From contig JAFSUH010000017.1 in NCBI GenBank assembly GCA_017445365.1, forward strand, positions 1-42,024: a stretch of 42,024 nucleotides of DNA. Reading direction: 5' to 3'. The translations under genes and the position numbers were made by a program. Of this stretch, positions 8,583 through 16,177 are shown piece by piece; position 1 is the first letter of the stretch; each line of letters begins with the position of its first letter. A model generated the notes under the pieces. It had not been told where the DNA came from. It made no database searches and worked only from the letters and a program-made list of their open reading frames with translations. This stretch comes from Kiritimatiellia bacterium (lineage in GTDB: Bacteria; Verrucomicrobiota; Kiritimatiellia; CAIQIC01; Lenti-01).

Positions 8583-8879
8583 ATGCAGTTCACCGAAAAC
8601 GCAGACCGGCTCGACGTGCGCTACGTCGCCTCCCTCGCCCGCATCGCCCTCTCCGACGCGGAAGCCGCTTCCCTCCAGCCCCAGCTCGACGGCATCCTCC
8701 GCTTCGTCGGCGAGCTCAAGGCCGTGGACACGTCTTCCGTCGCCCCGTCCGTATCCACTGCCGAAGCCGCGCCCCTGCGCGACGACATCCCGCGCGACGG
8801 CCTCGACCGCGACGCCGCCCTCGCCCTCGCCCCCCGCGAACGCCTCGGTCATTTTGCCGTCCCGCGCATCCTCGAGTAG
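8583..8879 (+). CDS. gatC: Asp-tRNA(Asn)/Glu-tRNA(Gln) amidotransferase subunit C
   Basis: Track ORF, 98 aa. VRYVASLARIALSDAEAASLQPQLDGILRFVGELKAVDTSSV is the canonical GatC pattern, and gatA follows. Confidence 0.9.
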   Translation: MQFTENADRLDVRYVASLARIALSDAEAASLQPQLDGILRFVGELKAVDTSSVAPSVSTAEAAPLRDDIPRDGLDRDAALALAPRERLGHFAVPRILE

Positions 8880-8970
8880 CGTCCCTCTCTCGCCCTTCCT
8901 CACTTCCGCCTTTCCACACTTCTTCCTTCTTACTTCTTCCTTCTTACTTCTTACTTTCCCCCTTTTCCCG

Positions 8971-10446
8971 ATGACCGACAACGAACTGGTTTCCCTCGAT
9001 TTCTGCGGCGCCGCCGACGCCCTCGCGCGCGGCGAAACGACCTCCCGCGAACTGGTCGCCGCCCTTCTCGCCCGCGCCGACGCCCTGGAGCCGCGCCTGA
9101 ACGCGTACACCTGGCGCGACGCCGACGACGCCCTCCGGCAGGCCGACGCGGCCGACGCGGCGCGCGCGGCGGGCGACACGCGCCGGTGGCTGGGCGTTCC
9201 CATCGCCATCAAGGACCTTCTCAACGTCAAGGGCCAGCCGTGCACGGCGGGAAGCCGCATCCTTTCCGGGTACGTCGCCCCGTACGACGCGACGGTCATC
9301 GCGCGCCTCCGCGCGGCGGGGTGCGTCTTCATCGCCCGCACCAACACCGACGAGTTCGCGATGGGCGGCTCGACGGAGACTTCCGCCTACGGACCGACCC
9401 GCAACCCGTGGGACCTCTCGCGCGTTCCCGGCGGCTCTTCCGGCGGCTCGGCCGCGGCGGTGGCCGCCTCGCTCGCCCCGGCGGCCCTCGCGAGCGACAC
9501 GGGCGGCTCCATCCGCCAGCCCTGCGCCTTCTGCTCGACGAGCGGCTTGAAGCCGACGTACGGCCGCGTCTCCCGCTACGGCTGCACGGCCTTCGCCTCC
9601 TCGCTCGACCAGGTGGGCCCCATCGCCCGCACCGTGGAAGACGTCGCGGCGGTGTACGAAATCATCGCGGGCGCCGACCCCGCGGACGCGACGACGGCCC
9701 GCCGCGAAGTGGAGCCGGTGCTGGAAAGCACGCGCGCGGCGAAGGATTTGCGCGGCCTCGTCCTCGGCGTTCCGGCGGAGTACTTCTCCGAAGGCGTCGA
9801 AGCCGACGTCGCCCGCCTCGTCCGCGCAGCGGTCGAAACCTGCCGCGGCCTCGGCGCGGAGATCCGCGAAGTTTCCCTGCCGCACGCGCCGCTCGGCATC
9901 GCCTGCTACTACGTGATCGCCCCGGCGGAAGCTTCCGCCAACCTCGCCCGCTACGACGGCGTGCGCTACGGCCGCCGCCGCGGGGAGGACGCGGGGTTGC
10001 AGGGCATGTACGAGGCGACGCGCTCGGAGGGCTTCGGAAGCGAAGTCAAGCGGCGCATCATTTTGGGCACCTACGTTTTGTCGAGCGGCTTCCACGACGC
10101 GTACTACGCCCAGGCCCAGCGCGTCCGCTCCCTCATCCGGGAGGATTTCGAGCGCGCTTTCGCTTCCTGCGACGCGCTGCTCGGCCCCGTCACCCCCGAA
10201 GCGCCCTTCCGCCTCGGCGAGAAGTCCGGCAATCCGATCAAGATGTACCTGGGCGACGTGTTCACCGCCAACGTCAACCTCGCCGGCATCGCCGCCGCGG
10301 CCGTCCCCTGCGGCTTCACGCCCGCGGGCCTGCCCGCGGGACTGCACGTCGTCGGCCCGGCGTTTTCGGAGCGCACCGTGCTTTCCGTCGCCGCCGCCTA
10401 CCAGCACGCGACCGCGCACCACCTCCGCCGCCCGCCCCTCGACTGA
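8971..10446 (+). CDS. gatA: Asp-tRNA(Asn)/Glu-tRNA(Gln) amidotransferase subunit A
   Basis: In-frame ATG 8971 (MTDNELVSLDFCGAADALARGETTSRELV) inside track ORF 8494..10446. Amidase signature IAIKDLL...TNTDEFAMGGSTETSAYGPTRNPWDLSRVPGGSSGGSAAAVAA...ASDTGGSIRQP. The ORF part upstream of 8971 overlaps gatC out of frame and is rejected. Confidence 0.93.
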   Translation: MTDNELVSLDFCGAADALARGETTSRELVAALLARADALEPRLNAYTWRDADDALRQADAADAARAAGDTRRWLGVPIAIKDLLNVKGQPCTAGSRILSGYVAPYDATVIARLRAAGCVFIARTNTDEFAMGGSTETSAYGPTRNPWDLSRVPGGSSGGSAAAVAASLAPAALASDTGGSIRQPCAFCSTSGLKPTYGRVSRYGCTAFASSLDQVGPIARTVEDVAAVYEIIAGADPADATTARREVEPVLESTRAAKDLRGLVLGVPAEYFSEGVEADVARLVRAAVETCRGLGAEIREVSLPHAPLGIACYYVIAPAEASANLARYDGVRYGRRRGEDAGLQGMYEATRSEGFGSEVKRRIILGTYVLSSGFHDAYYAQAQRVRSLIREDFERAFASCDALLGPVTPEAPFRLGEKSGNPIKMYLGDVFTANVNLAGIAAAAVPCGFTPAGLPAGLHVVGPAFSERTVLSVAAAYQHATAHHLRRPPLD

Positions 10447-10496
10447 GCCCGCCTCCGCATCCGCGGGAAAAAAGCCTCGCGAGGGGGGGGGAACGA

Positions 10497-10680
10497 CATG
10501 GAACCCCGCCTGTCGAATCCGAGGGCTTTTGAAACGCCTGATGCAAGCGTGGCGGCCATCTTTCCCGCGACAGCGCTGCGACGCGGCTCGGTGGGGACAC
10601 CTCGCCCCACCGGAATGGAGGCCGACGCCTTGCCGGGGCGGACGCCCCCGCGGGGGCTTGTTTTGGTGGTTTCCAAAAGG
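10497..10680. repeat. GC-rich mosaic intergenic repeat (modules Y, X and a Z-like piece)
   Basis: ccgcctgtcgaatccga...tgatgcaagcgtggcggccatc (Y, about 10540-10575) matches 18700-18800. gcggctcggtggggacacctcgccccaccggaatggaggccgacgccttgccggggcgg (X, 10583-10641) matches 18528-18584 almost base for base. It ends with ggtttccaaaagg. Confidence 0.8.
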
Positions 10681-10732
10681 CCGGGAGGGGGCTACCATCC
10701 CGGGCGAGCCCGAAATCCCGAAGGACTTTTCC

Positions 10733-11449
10733 ATGCAAATTCCCGATCTCTTCCAAGCCGTCTCCGCCACCCGCTACCCCGGCCGCGGCATTTTCTGCGG
10801 CCGCGACGCAAGCGGCGGCCACGCCCTCCTCGCGTACTTCATCATGGGCCGGAGCGCCAATTCCCGGAACCGCGTCTTCGTCCCGCACGGCGCGGACCTC
10901 GAAGCCAAGGCCTTCGACGAATCGCGCGTCGAAGACCCGCGCCTCATCCTCTACTTCCCCGTGCGCGTCCTTCCCGGCGGCGCCACCGTCGTCACCAACG
11001 GCGACCAGACCGACACCGTCGCGGACTTCCTCCGCCGCGGCGCCACTTTCGAAGAGGCCCTCCGCACGCGCACCTTCGAGCCGGACGCGCCGAACTTCAC
11101 GCCCCGGATTTCCGCCCTCGTCCGCGCGGGGGAGGGGACAATGTCCTTCCAAATGTCGATCTTGAAGACCGACGACGGCGGGGAAACCCCCGTCCGCGCC
11201 TTTTTCGACTATCCCGGCATCCTGCCGGGGACGGGGCGGTTCCTCCACACGTACCAAGGCGACGGCACGCCCCTTCCGAGCTTCGCGGGCGAGCCGGAAA
11301 AGGTGTCCCTGGACGGGGGCGACCTCGACGCCTTCGCCTCCTCTCTCTGGGATGCGCTCGACGGCGGCAACAAAATTTCGCTCTGGGTCCGGCGCATCCG
11401 CCTCGCCGGCGGGGAAACGGAAGACCGCCTCTTCAACCGCAACGCGTGA
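10733..11449 (+). CDS. IMP cyclohydrolase-like protein (PurO/archaeal-type family)
   Basis: In-frame ATG 10733 within track ORF 10529..11449. The sequence upstream of it is repeat DNA. The N-terminus RYPGRGIFCGRDASGGHALLAYFIMGRSANSRNRVF is the characteristic start of the PurO-type IMP cyclohydrolase fold family as I recall it. 238 aa. Confidence 0.7.
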   Translation: MQIPDLFQAVSATRYPGRGIFCGRDASGGHALLAYFIMGRSANSRNRVFVPHGADLEAKAFDESRVEDPRLILYFPVRVLPGGATVVTNGDQTDTVADFLRRGATFEEALRTRTFEPDAPNFTPRISALVRAGEGTMSFQMSILKTDDGGETPVRAFFDYPGILPGTGRFLHTYQGDGTPLPSFAGEPEKVSLDGGDLDAFASSLWDALDGGNKISLWVRRIRLAGGETEDRLFNRNA

Positions 11450-11455
11450 GGGAGC

Positions 11456-12250
11456 ATGAAGGCCTATCTCGACCTTTTGCGCGACATCCTCGAGCACGGC
11501 GCGGCGAAAAACGACCGCACCGGGACGGGGACGAAAAGCGTCTTCGGCCGGCAGTTGCGGTTTTCCCTTGACGACGGCTTTCCCCTCCTCACCACCAAGA
11601 AGCTGCATTTCAAGAGCATCCTCCACGAGCTTCTCTGGTTCGTCCGCGGGGAAACGAACGTGAGGAGTTTGCAGGCGGCGGGCGTCCGCATCTGGAACGA
11701 GTGGGCGGATGCGGACGGCGAGCTCGGCCCCGTGTACGGCAAGCAGTGGCGGGCGTGGAGCGACGGGAAGGGCGGCACCATCGACCAGCTCGCGCGGGCG
11801 GTGGACCTCATCCGCCGCGACCCGGATTCGCGCCGCATCGTGGTGAGCGCGTGGAACGTGGCGGACCTCCCGGCGATGCACCTCGCGCCCTGCCACGCCC
11901 TCTTCCAGTTCCACGTGGCGGGCGGGCGGCTTTCGCTCCAGCTCTACCAGCGGAGCGCCGACGTGTTTTTGGGCCTTCCCTTCAACATCGCCTCGTACGC
12001 GGCGCTGCTTCTGATGGTCGCGCAGGCGACGGACCTCGTCCCCGGCGATTTCGTCCACACCCTGGGCGACGCGCACCTGTACCGGAACCACATCCCGCAG
12101 GCGGAAGAGCAGTTGCGCCGCGAGCCGCGGAAACTGCCGACCCTGCGCCTGAATCCGGCGGTGAAGGACCTCTTCGCCTTCCGGTACGAAGATTTCGCGC
12201 TCGAGGGATACGACCCGCATCCGCACATCCCTGCCGCGGTTTCGGTGTAG
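11456..12250 (+). CDS. thyA: Thymidylate synthase (ThyA)
   Basis: Track ORF, 264 aa. [37 protein letters not shown] (catalytic Cys) and [16 protein letters not shown]. Confidence 0.96.
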   Translation: MKAYLDLLRDILEHGAAKNDRTGTGTKSVFGRQLRFSLDDGFPLLTTKKLHFKSILHELLWFVRGETNVRSLQAAGVRIWNEWADADGELGPVYGKQWRAWSDGKGGTIDQLARAVDLIRRDPDSRRIVVSAWNVADLPAMHLAPCHALFQFHVAGGRLSLQLYQRSADVFLGLPFNIASYAALLLMVAQATDLVPGDFVHTLGDAHLYRNHIPQAEEQLRREPRKLPTLRLNPAVKDLFAFRYEDFALEGYDPHPHIPAAVSV

Positions 12251-12268
12251 GGGAGAGGAGCCGCCGCC

Positions 12269-12754
12269 ATGCCGCGCATCGTCCTCGTCGCCGCCGTCGG
12301 GAAAAACCGCGCCATCGGGCGCGGGGGGAAGCTCCCGTGGCGCCTCGCGGACGACTTGAAGCGCTTCAAGGCGCTCACGACGGGGCACGCCGTCCTCATG
12401 GGGCGGAAGACCTTCGAGTCGCTGCCGCACGGCGCCCTGCCGGGGCGGCGCAACCTCGTCCTCTCGCGGAGCAAAAAGGATTTTCCCGGCGCGGAAACGT
12501 TTTCCGCGCTCGAAGCCGCGCTCGCGGCGGCGGGGGAGGGGACGGTGTTCGCCATCGGGGGGGAGAGCGTGTACCGCGAAACGATGCCGCTCGCGGAAGC
12601 GATGCACCTCACCCTCGTGGACGACGCCCCCGAAGCCGACGCCTTCTTCCCGGAATGGAATCCCGCCGAGTGGGAAGAGCTCTCGCGCGAACCCCGCCCC
12701 GCCGACGCGCGCAACGGGCGTCCGTTCGTTTTCGCCGATTTCCGCCGCCGGTAG
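12269..12754 (+). CDS. folA: Dihydrofolate reductase
   Basis: Track ORF, 161 aa. VAAVGKNRAIGRGGKLPWRLADDLKRFKALTTGHAVLMGRKTFESLP. A GGAGAGGAG ribosome-binding site lies upstream. It directly follows thyA. Confidence 0.93.
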   Translation: MPRIVLVAAVGKNRAIGRGGKLPWRLADDLKRFKALTTGHAVLMGRKTFESLPHGALPGRRNLVLSRSKKDFPGAETFSALEAALAAAGEGTVFAIGGESVYRETMPLAEAMHLTLVDDAPEADAFFPEWNPAEWEELSREPRPADARNGRPFVFADFRRR

Positions 12755-12900
12755 TTTTGCCAATGTTTGGCAAAAACGGCCCGAATTTGCCAAGCATTGG
12801 CAAATCGGGAACCAGCGGCTCGGCAGGGACGCCTCGCCCCACCTTTGGGTTTTGCCAAACATTGGCAAAAACACATGAAATTTGCCAAACATTGGCAAAA
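12755..12900. repeat. Cluster of four AT-rich palindromes (two REP/BIME-like pairs) flanking a GC-rich module
   Basis: ttttgccaatgtttggcaaaa (12755-12775), atttgccaagcattggcaaat (12785-12805), X-module fragment gcggctcggcagggacgcctcgccccacc (12817-12843), ttttgccaaacattggcaaaa (12850-12870), aatttgccaaacattggcaaaa (about 12880-12900). It starts on the base after the folA stop. Confidence 0.9.
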
Positions 12901-12923
12901 TGCCCGGGCGGCGCGGCTTGGAG

Positions 12924-12989
12924 GCGGAAGCGGCGGCACGTGCAACGGAGTGGCGCGGAGCCGCCGCAAGCAAAGTGCCTCCGGCACCT
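12924..12989. repeat. GC-rich repeat module V
   Basis: gcggaagcggcg...gccgcaagcaaagtgcctccggcacct recurs at 28490-28551 (gcggaagcggcg...gccgcaagcaacgtgcctccggcacct). In both places it lies about 20 nt to the right of a palindrome pair. Confidence 0.75.
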
Positions 12990-13031
12990 TGCGCGCGGGG
13001 GCGGGGGGCGGTATCCTCCTTTCTTTGCACC

Positions 13032-13970
13032 ATGAAACACCTCCTCTCCCTCGCAGATTGGTCCGCCGAAGAAATCCGTTCGGCCATTTCCGCCGCCCGC
13101 GCCGTCAAGGCCCATCCCGAGCGCTACCGCTCCGCCCTCGCCGGACGGACGCTGTGCATGATTTTCGAGAAGCCGTCCCTCCGCACCCGCCTCTCCTTCG
13201 AAACCGGCATGACGCAGTTGGGCGGCCACGCCATCTACTACGACACCTCCCGCTCCCCCTTGGGCGCCGGCAAGGAATCCGTCGCCGACACCGTCCGCGT
13301 CATGTCGCGGTACGTCGACATCATCATGGCCCGCCTCTTCAAGCACGAGGACATCCTCGAAATGGCGCGGTACTCCTCCGTCCCGGTCATCAACGCCCTC
13401 ACCAACTTCTCCCACCCCGGGCAGATCCTGGCGGACCTCCAGACCGTCGAGGAAAACTTCGGCACCCTGCGCGGCCGCAAGCTCGCGTATTTCGGCGACG
13501 CCTTCAACAACGTCACCCACTCGCTCATGTTCGCCTGCCCGAAGCTGGGCATGCGCCTCGCCGTCGCCTGCCCCGCGGGCGCCGAGTACGAACCCGACCC
13601 CGCCGTCACCGAGCGCGCCCGCGCCGACGCCGAGGCCGCCGGGGGCGAATTCCTCCTCACGCACGACCCGCGCGAGGCCGCCGCGGGCGCCGACGTGCTC
13701 TACACCGACAGCTGGATGAGCTACCACATCCCGCCCTCCGAGAAGGAAGCGCGCGTCAAGGTCTTTTCGCCGTACCAGGTCACGCAGGAACTCCTCGCCC
13801 TCGCCGCGCGCGACGCCATCTTCCTCAACTGCCTGCCCGCCGTCCGCGGCATGGAGCAGACCGCCGAAGTCATCGACGGGCCGCAGTCGCGCGTCTTCGA
13901 CGAGGCCGAAAACCGCATGCACGTGCACAAGGCGCTGATGCTCCTCCTGCTCGGAAAATTCACCGCCTGA
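13032..13970 (+). CDS. Ornithine-carbamoyltransferase-family protein with non-canonical substrate motifs
   Basis: In-frame ATG 13032 (MKHLLSLADWSAEEI) within track ORF 12882..13970. The upstream part lies in repeat DNA. It is colinear with OTCases: FEKPSLRTRLSFE, SRYVDIIMAR, VPVINALT..SHPGQILADL, and C-terminal NCLPAVRG...DEAENRMHVHKAL. The canonical STRTR, D..SMG and HCLP motifs are altered (see findings). Confidence 0.8.
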   Translation: MKHLLSLADWSAEEIRSAISAARAVKAHPERYRSALAGRTLCMIFEKPSLRTRLSFETGMTQLGGHAIYYDTSRSPLGAGKESVADTVRVMSRYVDIIMARLFKHEDILEMARYSSVPVINALTNFSHPGQILADLQTVEENFGTLRGRKLAYFGDAFNNVTHSLMFACPKLGMRLAVACPAGAEYEPDPAVTERARADAEAAGGEFLLTHDPREAAAGADVLYTDSWMSYHIPPSEKEARVKVFSPYQVTQELLALAARDAIFLNCLPAVRGMEQTAEVIDGPQSRVFDEAENRMHVHKALMLLLLGKFTA

Positions 13971-13987
13971 AGGGAAGGGAGGTTCCC

Positions 13988-15892
13988 GTGACCGACGAAC
14001 CCGCCGCGAAAAAGACCTGCGACATCGCCCTCGGGCGCATCGAGGCGATGGCGTGCACGAAGTGCCACCGGACCATCGACACGGCCGCCATCGAGCCTTT
14101 CACGGTGTTCTCCTGCCCGCACTGCGGCGAGCAGTTGCGGATGCCCGCGCGCTTCGCCTCGTTCCTCCTGCTTGCGGAGCTGGGGAAGGGCGGGATGGGC
14201 GCGGTGTACCGCGCGTACGACCCGACGCTTTCCCGCTCGGTCGCCATCAAGGTGACGCAGAAGGACGTCGCGCGCGATCGCGCGTTCGTCGCGCAGTTCC
14301 TCCAGGAGGCGCGGGCGCTCGCGGCGATCAATTCCCCCAACATCGTCCAGGTGTATTCCTACGGCGAGGAGGCCGGCCAGCCGTACATCGTCATGGAACT
14401 CGTCGACGGCGGCCGCCTCGACGCCATCCACGCGAAGAAGAAATTCCTGGACGAGCTGCAAGTCCTCACCGTCGCCCGGCAGGTGGTCAACGGCCTTTCC
14501 GCCGCCTCCGACGCGGGCATGACCCACGGCGACATCAAGCCCGCCAACATCCTCTTCGACCGCGCGGGCAACGCCAAGGTGAGCGACTTCGGCCTCGCGC
14601 GCTTCGCGGGCCAGAAGCCCAAGCCCGGCGAAATCTGGGGAACGCCGTTCTACGTCGCCCCCGAAGTCGTCCGCGGCGCTTCTCCGCGCGCCCCGGCGGA
14701 CATCTACTCGCTGGGGGCAACCCTGTTCCACCTTTTGACCGGCTTTCCGCCCTTCGACGGGGAGAGCATCGTCGACACCGTGCTTTTGCGCTTCAAGGAA
14801 CCCGCGCCGGACCCGCGGCGGTACAAGCCGGAGCTGACCGAGGCGACCGCGAAGGTGGTGCTGCGCATGCTCGAAGCCGACCCGATGCGGCGGTACCCGA
14901 ACTACCGCGCGCTCGCGGGCGCCATCGACGAGGCCATCACCGCCGTCAAGATCCGCCGCGGCCTTCTCAAGGACCCGCGCGCCGCGGAAAAATCCAACGC
15001 CGCGAAAATCATCGGCATCGTGATGGGCGGGCTCGCGTTCCTCGCGGTCGCGGGCATCGCCGGGTGGTTCGCGGTGCAGCACGCCAAGGAAAAGCAGCGC
15101 ATCGAGGAGGAGAAGGCGCAGATCGAGCGCGACGTGCGCGAAGGGCGGCTCAAGGTCGTCTTCATCAACGGGAAGAAGGAGTACCGCCCGGTCGATTCCA
15201 AGGAGCCGGGTGCCGCCGATCCCTTCGCCCCCGCCGCGCGGCGGAAGCCGGAAGACCCCTTTGCCGCGGCCGCGGCGCCGGAAGCGGCGGCATCCGCTTC
15301 CGCGGCGCAGGCCGCGGACGGGAGCTGGACGCTCCGCGCGGTCCGCGATGATTCCGTCGCCCCCAAGGACGACCCGCTCCGCAACCGGAACATCCTGCTC
15401 CTGCGCGGGGGCAACAAGGGCGCGAAGGCCGCGAGCAAGGTGTATCTCGCGTTCGACCTTTCGGGCGTGGACCGCGCGGAAATCAAGGGTGCCCGGTTGC
15501 GGCTGACCTTCCTGCCGCCCGCGGGCAACCAGACGAACCGGAAGAAGGACGCTTCGTACAAGGCGATCCTCTGGCTCGTCGACGGCGACGGCTGGAACGA
15601 CGGCATCACGTGGGAAAACGCCCCGGCCAACGACACCGAGTCCGCGGGCGGGATGGCGGCGGGGGCGGAAAAGCTGATGGCGAAGAAGCTGCCGGTGCGC
15701 CCGTCGGGCGGGGAGACGTTCGATTTCCCCGGTTCACGCCTGGCCGAGGCGATCGCGGCGACGAAATCGCCCCGCATCACCTTCGTCGTCACGGCGGACG
15801 AAGAAAGCGACCACAAGGGCGGCTGGTCCATCGTTTCGACGGAAGGCGGCAAGGACTACGAGCCGCCGACCCTCGTCCTCTCCACCAAGTGA
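13988..15892 (+). CDS. Ser/Thr protein kinase with N-terminal zinc ribbon, one TM helix and an extracytoplasmic C-terminal domain
   Basis: GTG 13988 is preceded by GGGAGG 5 nt upstream; the alternative start is ATG 14048. It lies in frame inside run-through track ORF 12767..15892. CTKCH...CPHCG zinc ribbon. Kinase motifs LGKGGMGAVYRA, VAIKV, HGDIKPANILF, VSDFGLA, GTPFYVAPE. TM helix IIGIVMGGLAFLAVAGIAGWFAV. The C-terminal about 230 aa contain KVYLAFDLSGV...IKGARLRLTF. Confidence 0.85.
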   Translation: MTDEPAAKKTCDIALGRIEAMACTKCHRTIDTAAIEPFTVFSCPHCGEQLRMPARFASFLLLAELGKGGMGAVYRAYDPTLSRSVAIKVTQKDVARDRAFVAQFLQEARALAAINSPNIVQVYSYGEEAGQPYIVMELVDGGRLDAIHAKKKFLDELQVLTVARQVVNGLSAASDAGMTHGDIKPANILFDRAGNAKVSDFGLARFAGQKPKPGEIWGTPFYVAPEVVRGASPRAPADIYSLGATLFHLLTGFPPFDGESIVDTVLLRFKEPAPDPRRYKPELTEATAKVVLRMLEADPMRRYPNYRALAGAIDEAITAVKIRRGLLKDPRAAEKSNAAKIIGIVMGGLAFLAVAGIAGWFAVQHAKEKQRIEEEKAQIERDVREGRLKVVFINGKKEYRPVDSKEPGAADPFAPAARRKPEDPFAAAAAPEAAASASAAQAADGSWTLRAVRDDSVAPKDDPLRNRNILLLRGGNKGAKAASKVYLAFDLSGVDRAEIKGARLRLTFLPPAGNQTNRKKDASYKAILWLVDGDGWNDGITWENAPANDTESAGGMAAGAEKLMAKKLPVRPSGGETFDFPGSRLAEAIAATKSPRITFVVTADEESDHKGGWSIVSTEGGKDYEPPTLVLSTK

Positions 15893-15908
15893 CCGGAAGG
15901 AAGACTCC

Positions 15909-16157
15909 ATGCGGACGTACAAGACCAAAGGGACCTGTTCGCGCGAAATCCGCTTCGAAATCGAAGACGGGAAGCTCGCAAGCTGCGAAATCGTAGGCGG
16001 TTGCCCCGGCAACACGGTCGGGGTGGCGAAGCTCGCCGTCGGCCGCCCGGTGGAAGACGTGATCCGCCTGTGCAAGGGCATCCCCTGCGGGAACAAGGGG
16101 ACCAGCTGCCCCGACCAGCTCGCCCGCGCGCTGGAAGCCGCCCTCGCCGAAGGTTGA
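15909..16157 (+). CDS. TSCPD-domain small protein (TIGR03905-like)
   Basis: Track ORF, 82 aa. C-terminal GNKGTSCPDQLARAL carries the eponymous TSCPD motif. An internal GGCPGN is present. A GGAAGGAAG ribosome-binding site lies upstream. Confidence 0.75.
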   Translation: MRTYKTKGTCSREIRFEIEDGKLASCEIVGGCPGNTVGVAKLAVGRPVEDVIRLCKGIPCGNKGTSCPDQLARALEAALAEG

Positions 16158-16177
16158 CCCCGCGCGGGAGCGGCCGC

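Noticed and set aside
10447-10732. A ZTP (pfl) or THF riboswitch upstream of the purO-thyA-folA cluster, prompted by ccgcctg... strings
   Set aside because: The CCGCCTG-containing segment is part of dispersed repeat module Y, with a near-identical copy at 18700-18800 upstream of nothing related. The conserved pfl core elements are not present in order.
12755-12900. Whether the TTTGCCAA...TTGGCAAA repeats form a CRISPR array
   Set aside because: The units are 21-bp self-complementary palindromes, spaced 7-10 nt apart or separated by other repeat modules. There are no unique 30-40-nt spacers, no regular periodicity and no cas genes in the window.
10316-13108. 930-aa minus-strand ORF. Similar giant ORFs are 8944-10770(-), 19161-21578(-), 22117-25827(+), 22154-25396(-), 25531-28317(-), 25824-28553(+), 31568-33736(-), 33567-35339(-) and 35270-38440(-).
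   Set aside because: All are Arg/Pro/Gly/Ala-dominated low-complexity translations. Each lies opposite to, or out of frame with, genes that carry unambiguous family motifs (gatA, thyA, folA, addAB, fabF, dnaN and others). They are high-G+C stop-codon-poor artefacts.
12767-15892. Run-through plus-strand ORFs that fuse intergenic repeat DNA or a neighbouring gene's alternate frame to real genes (12767-15892, 33692-36922, 8494-10446, 19104-22478, 12882-13970, 10529-11449, 28550-31489)
   Set aside because: In each case a downstream in-frame start, usually with a ribosome-binding site or coupling, begins the recognisable protein. The upstream part either translates repeat modules (for example QAWRPSLPRQRRLLTPGVTSG recurs in unrelated ORFs) or overlaps another gene. 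Coordinates were trimmed accordingly.
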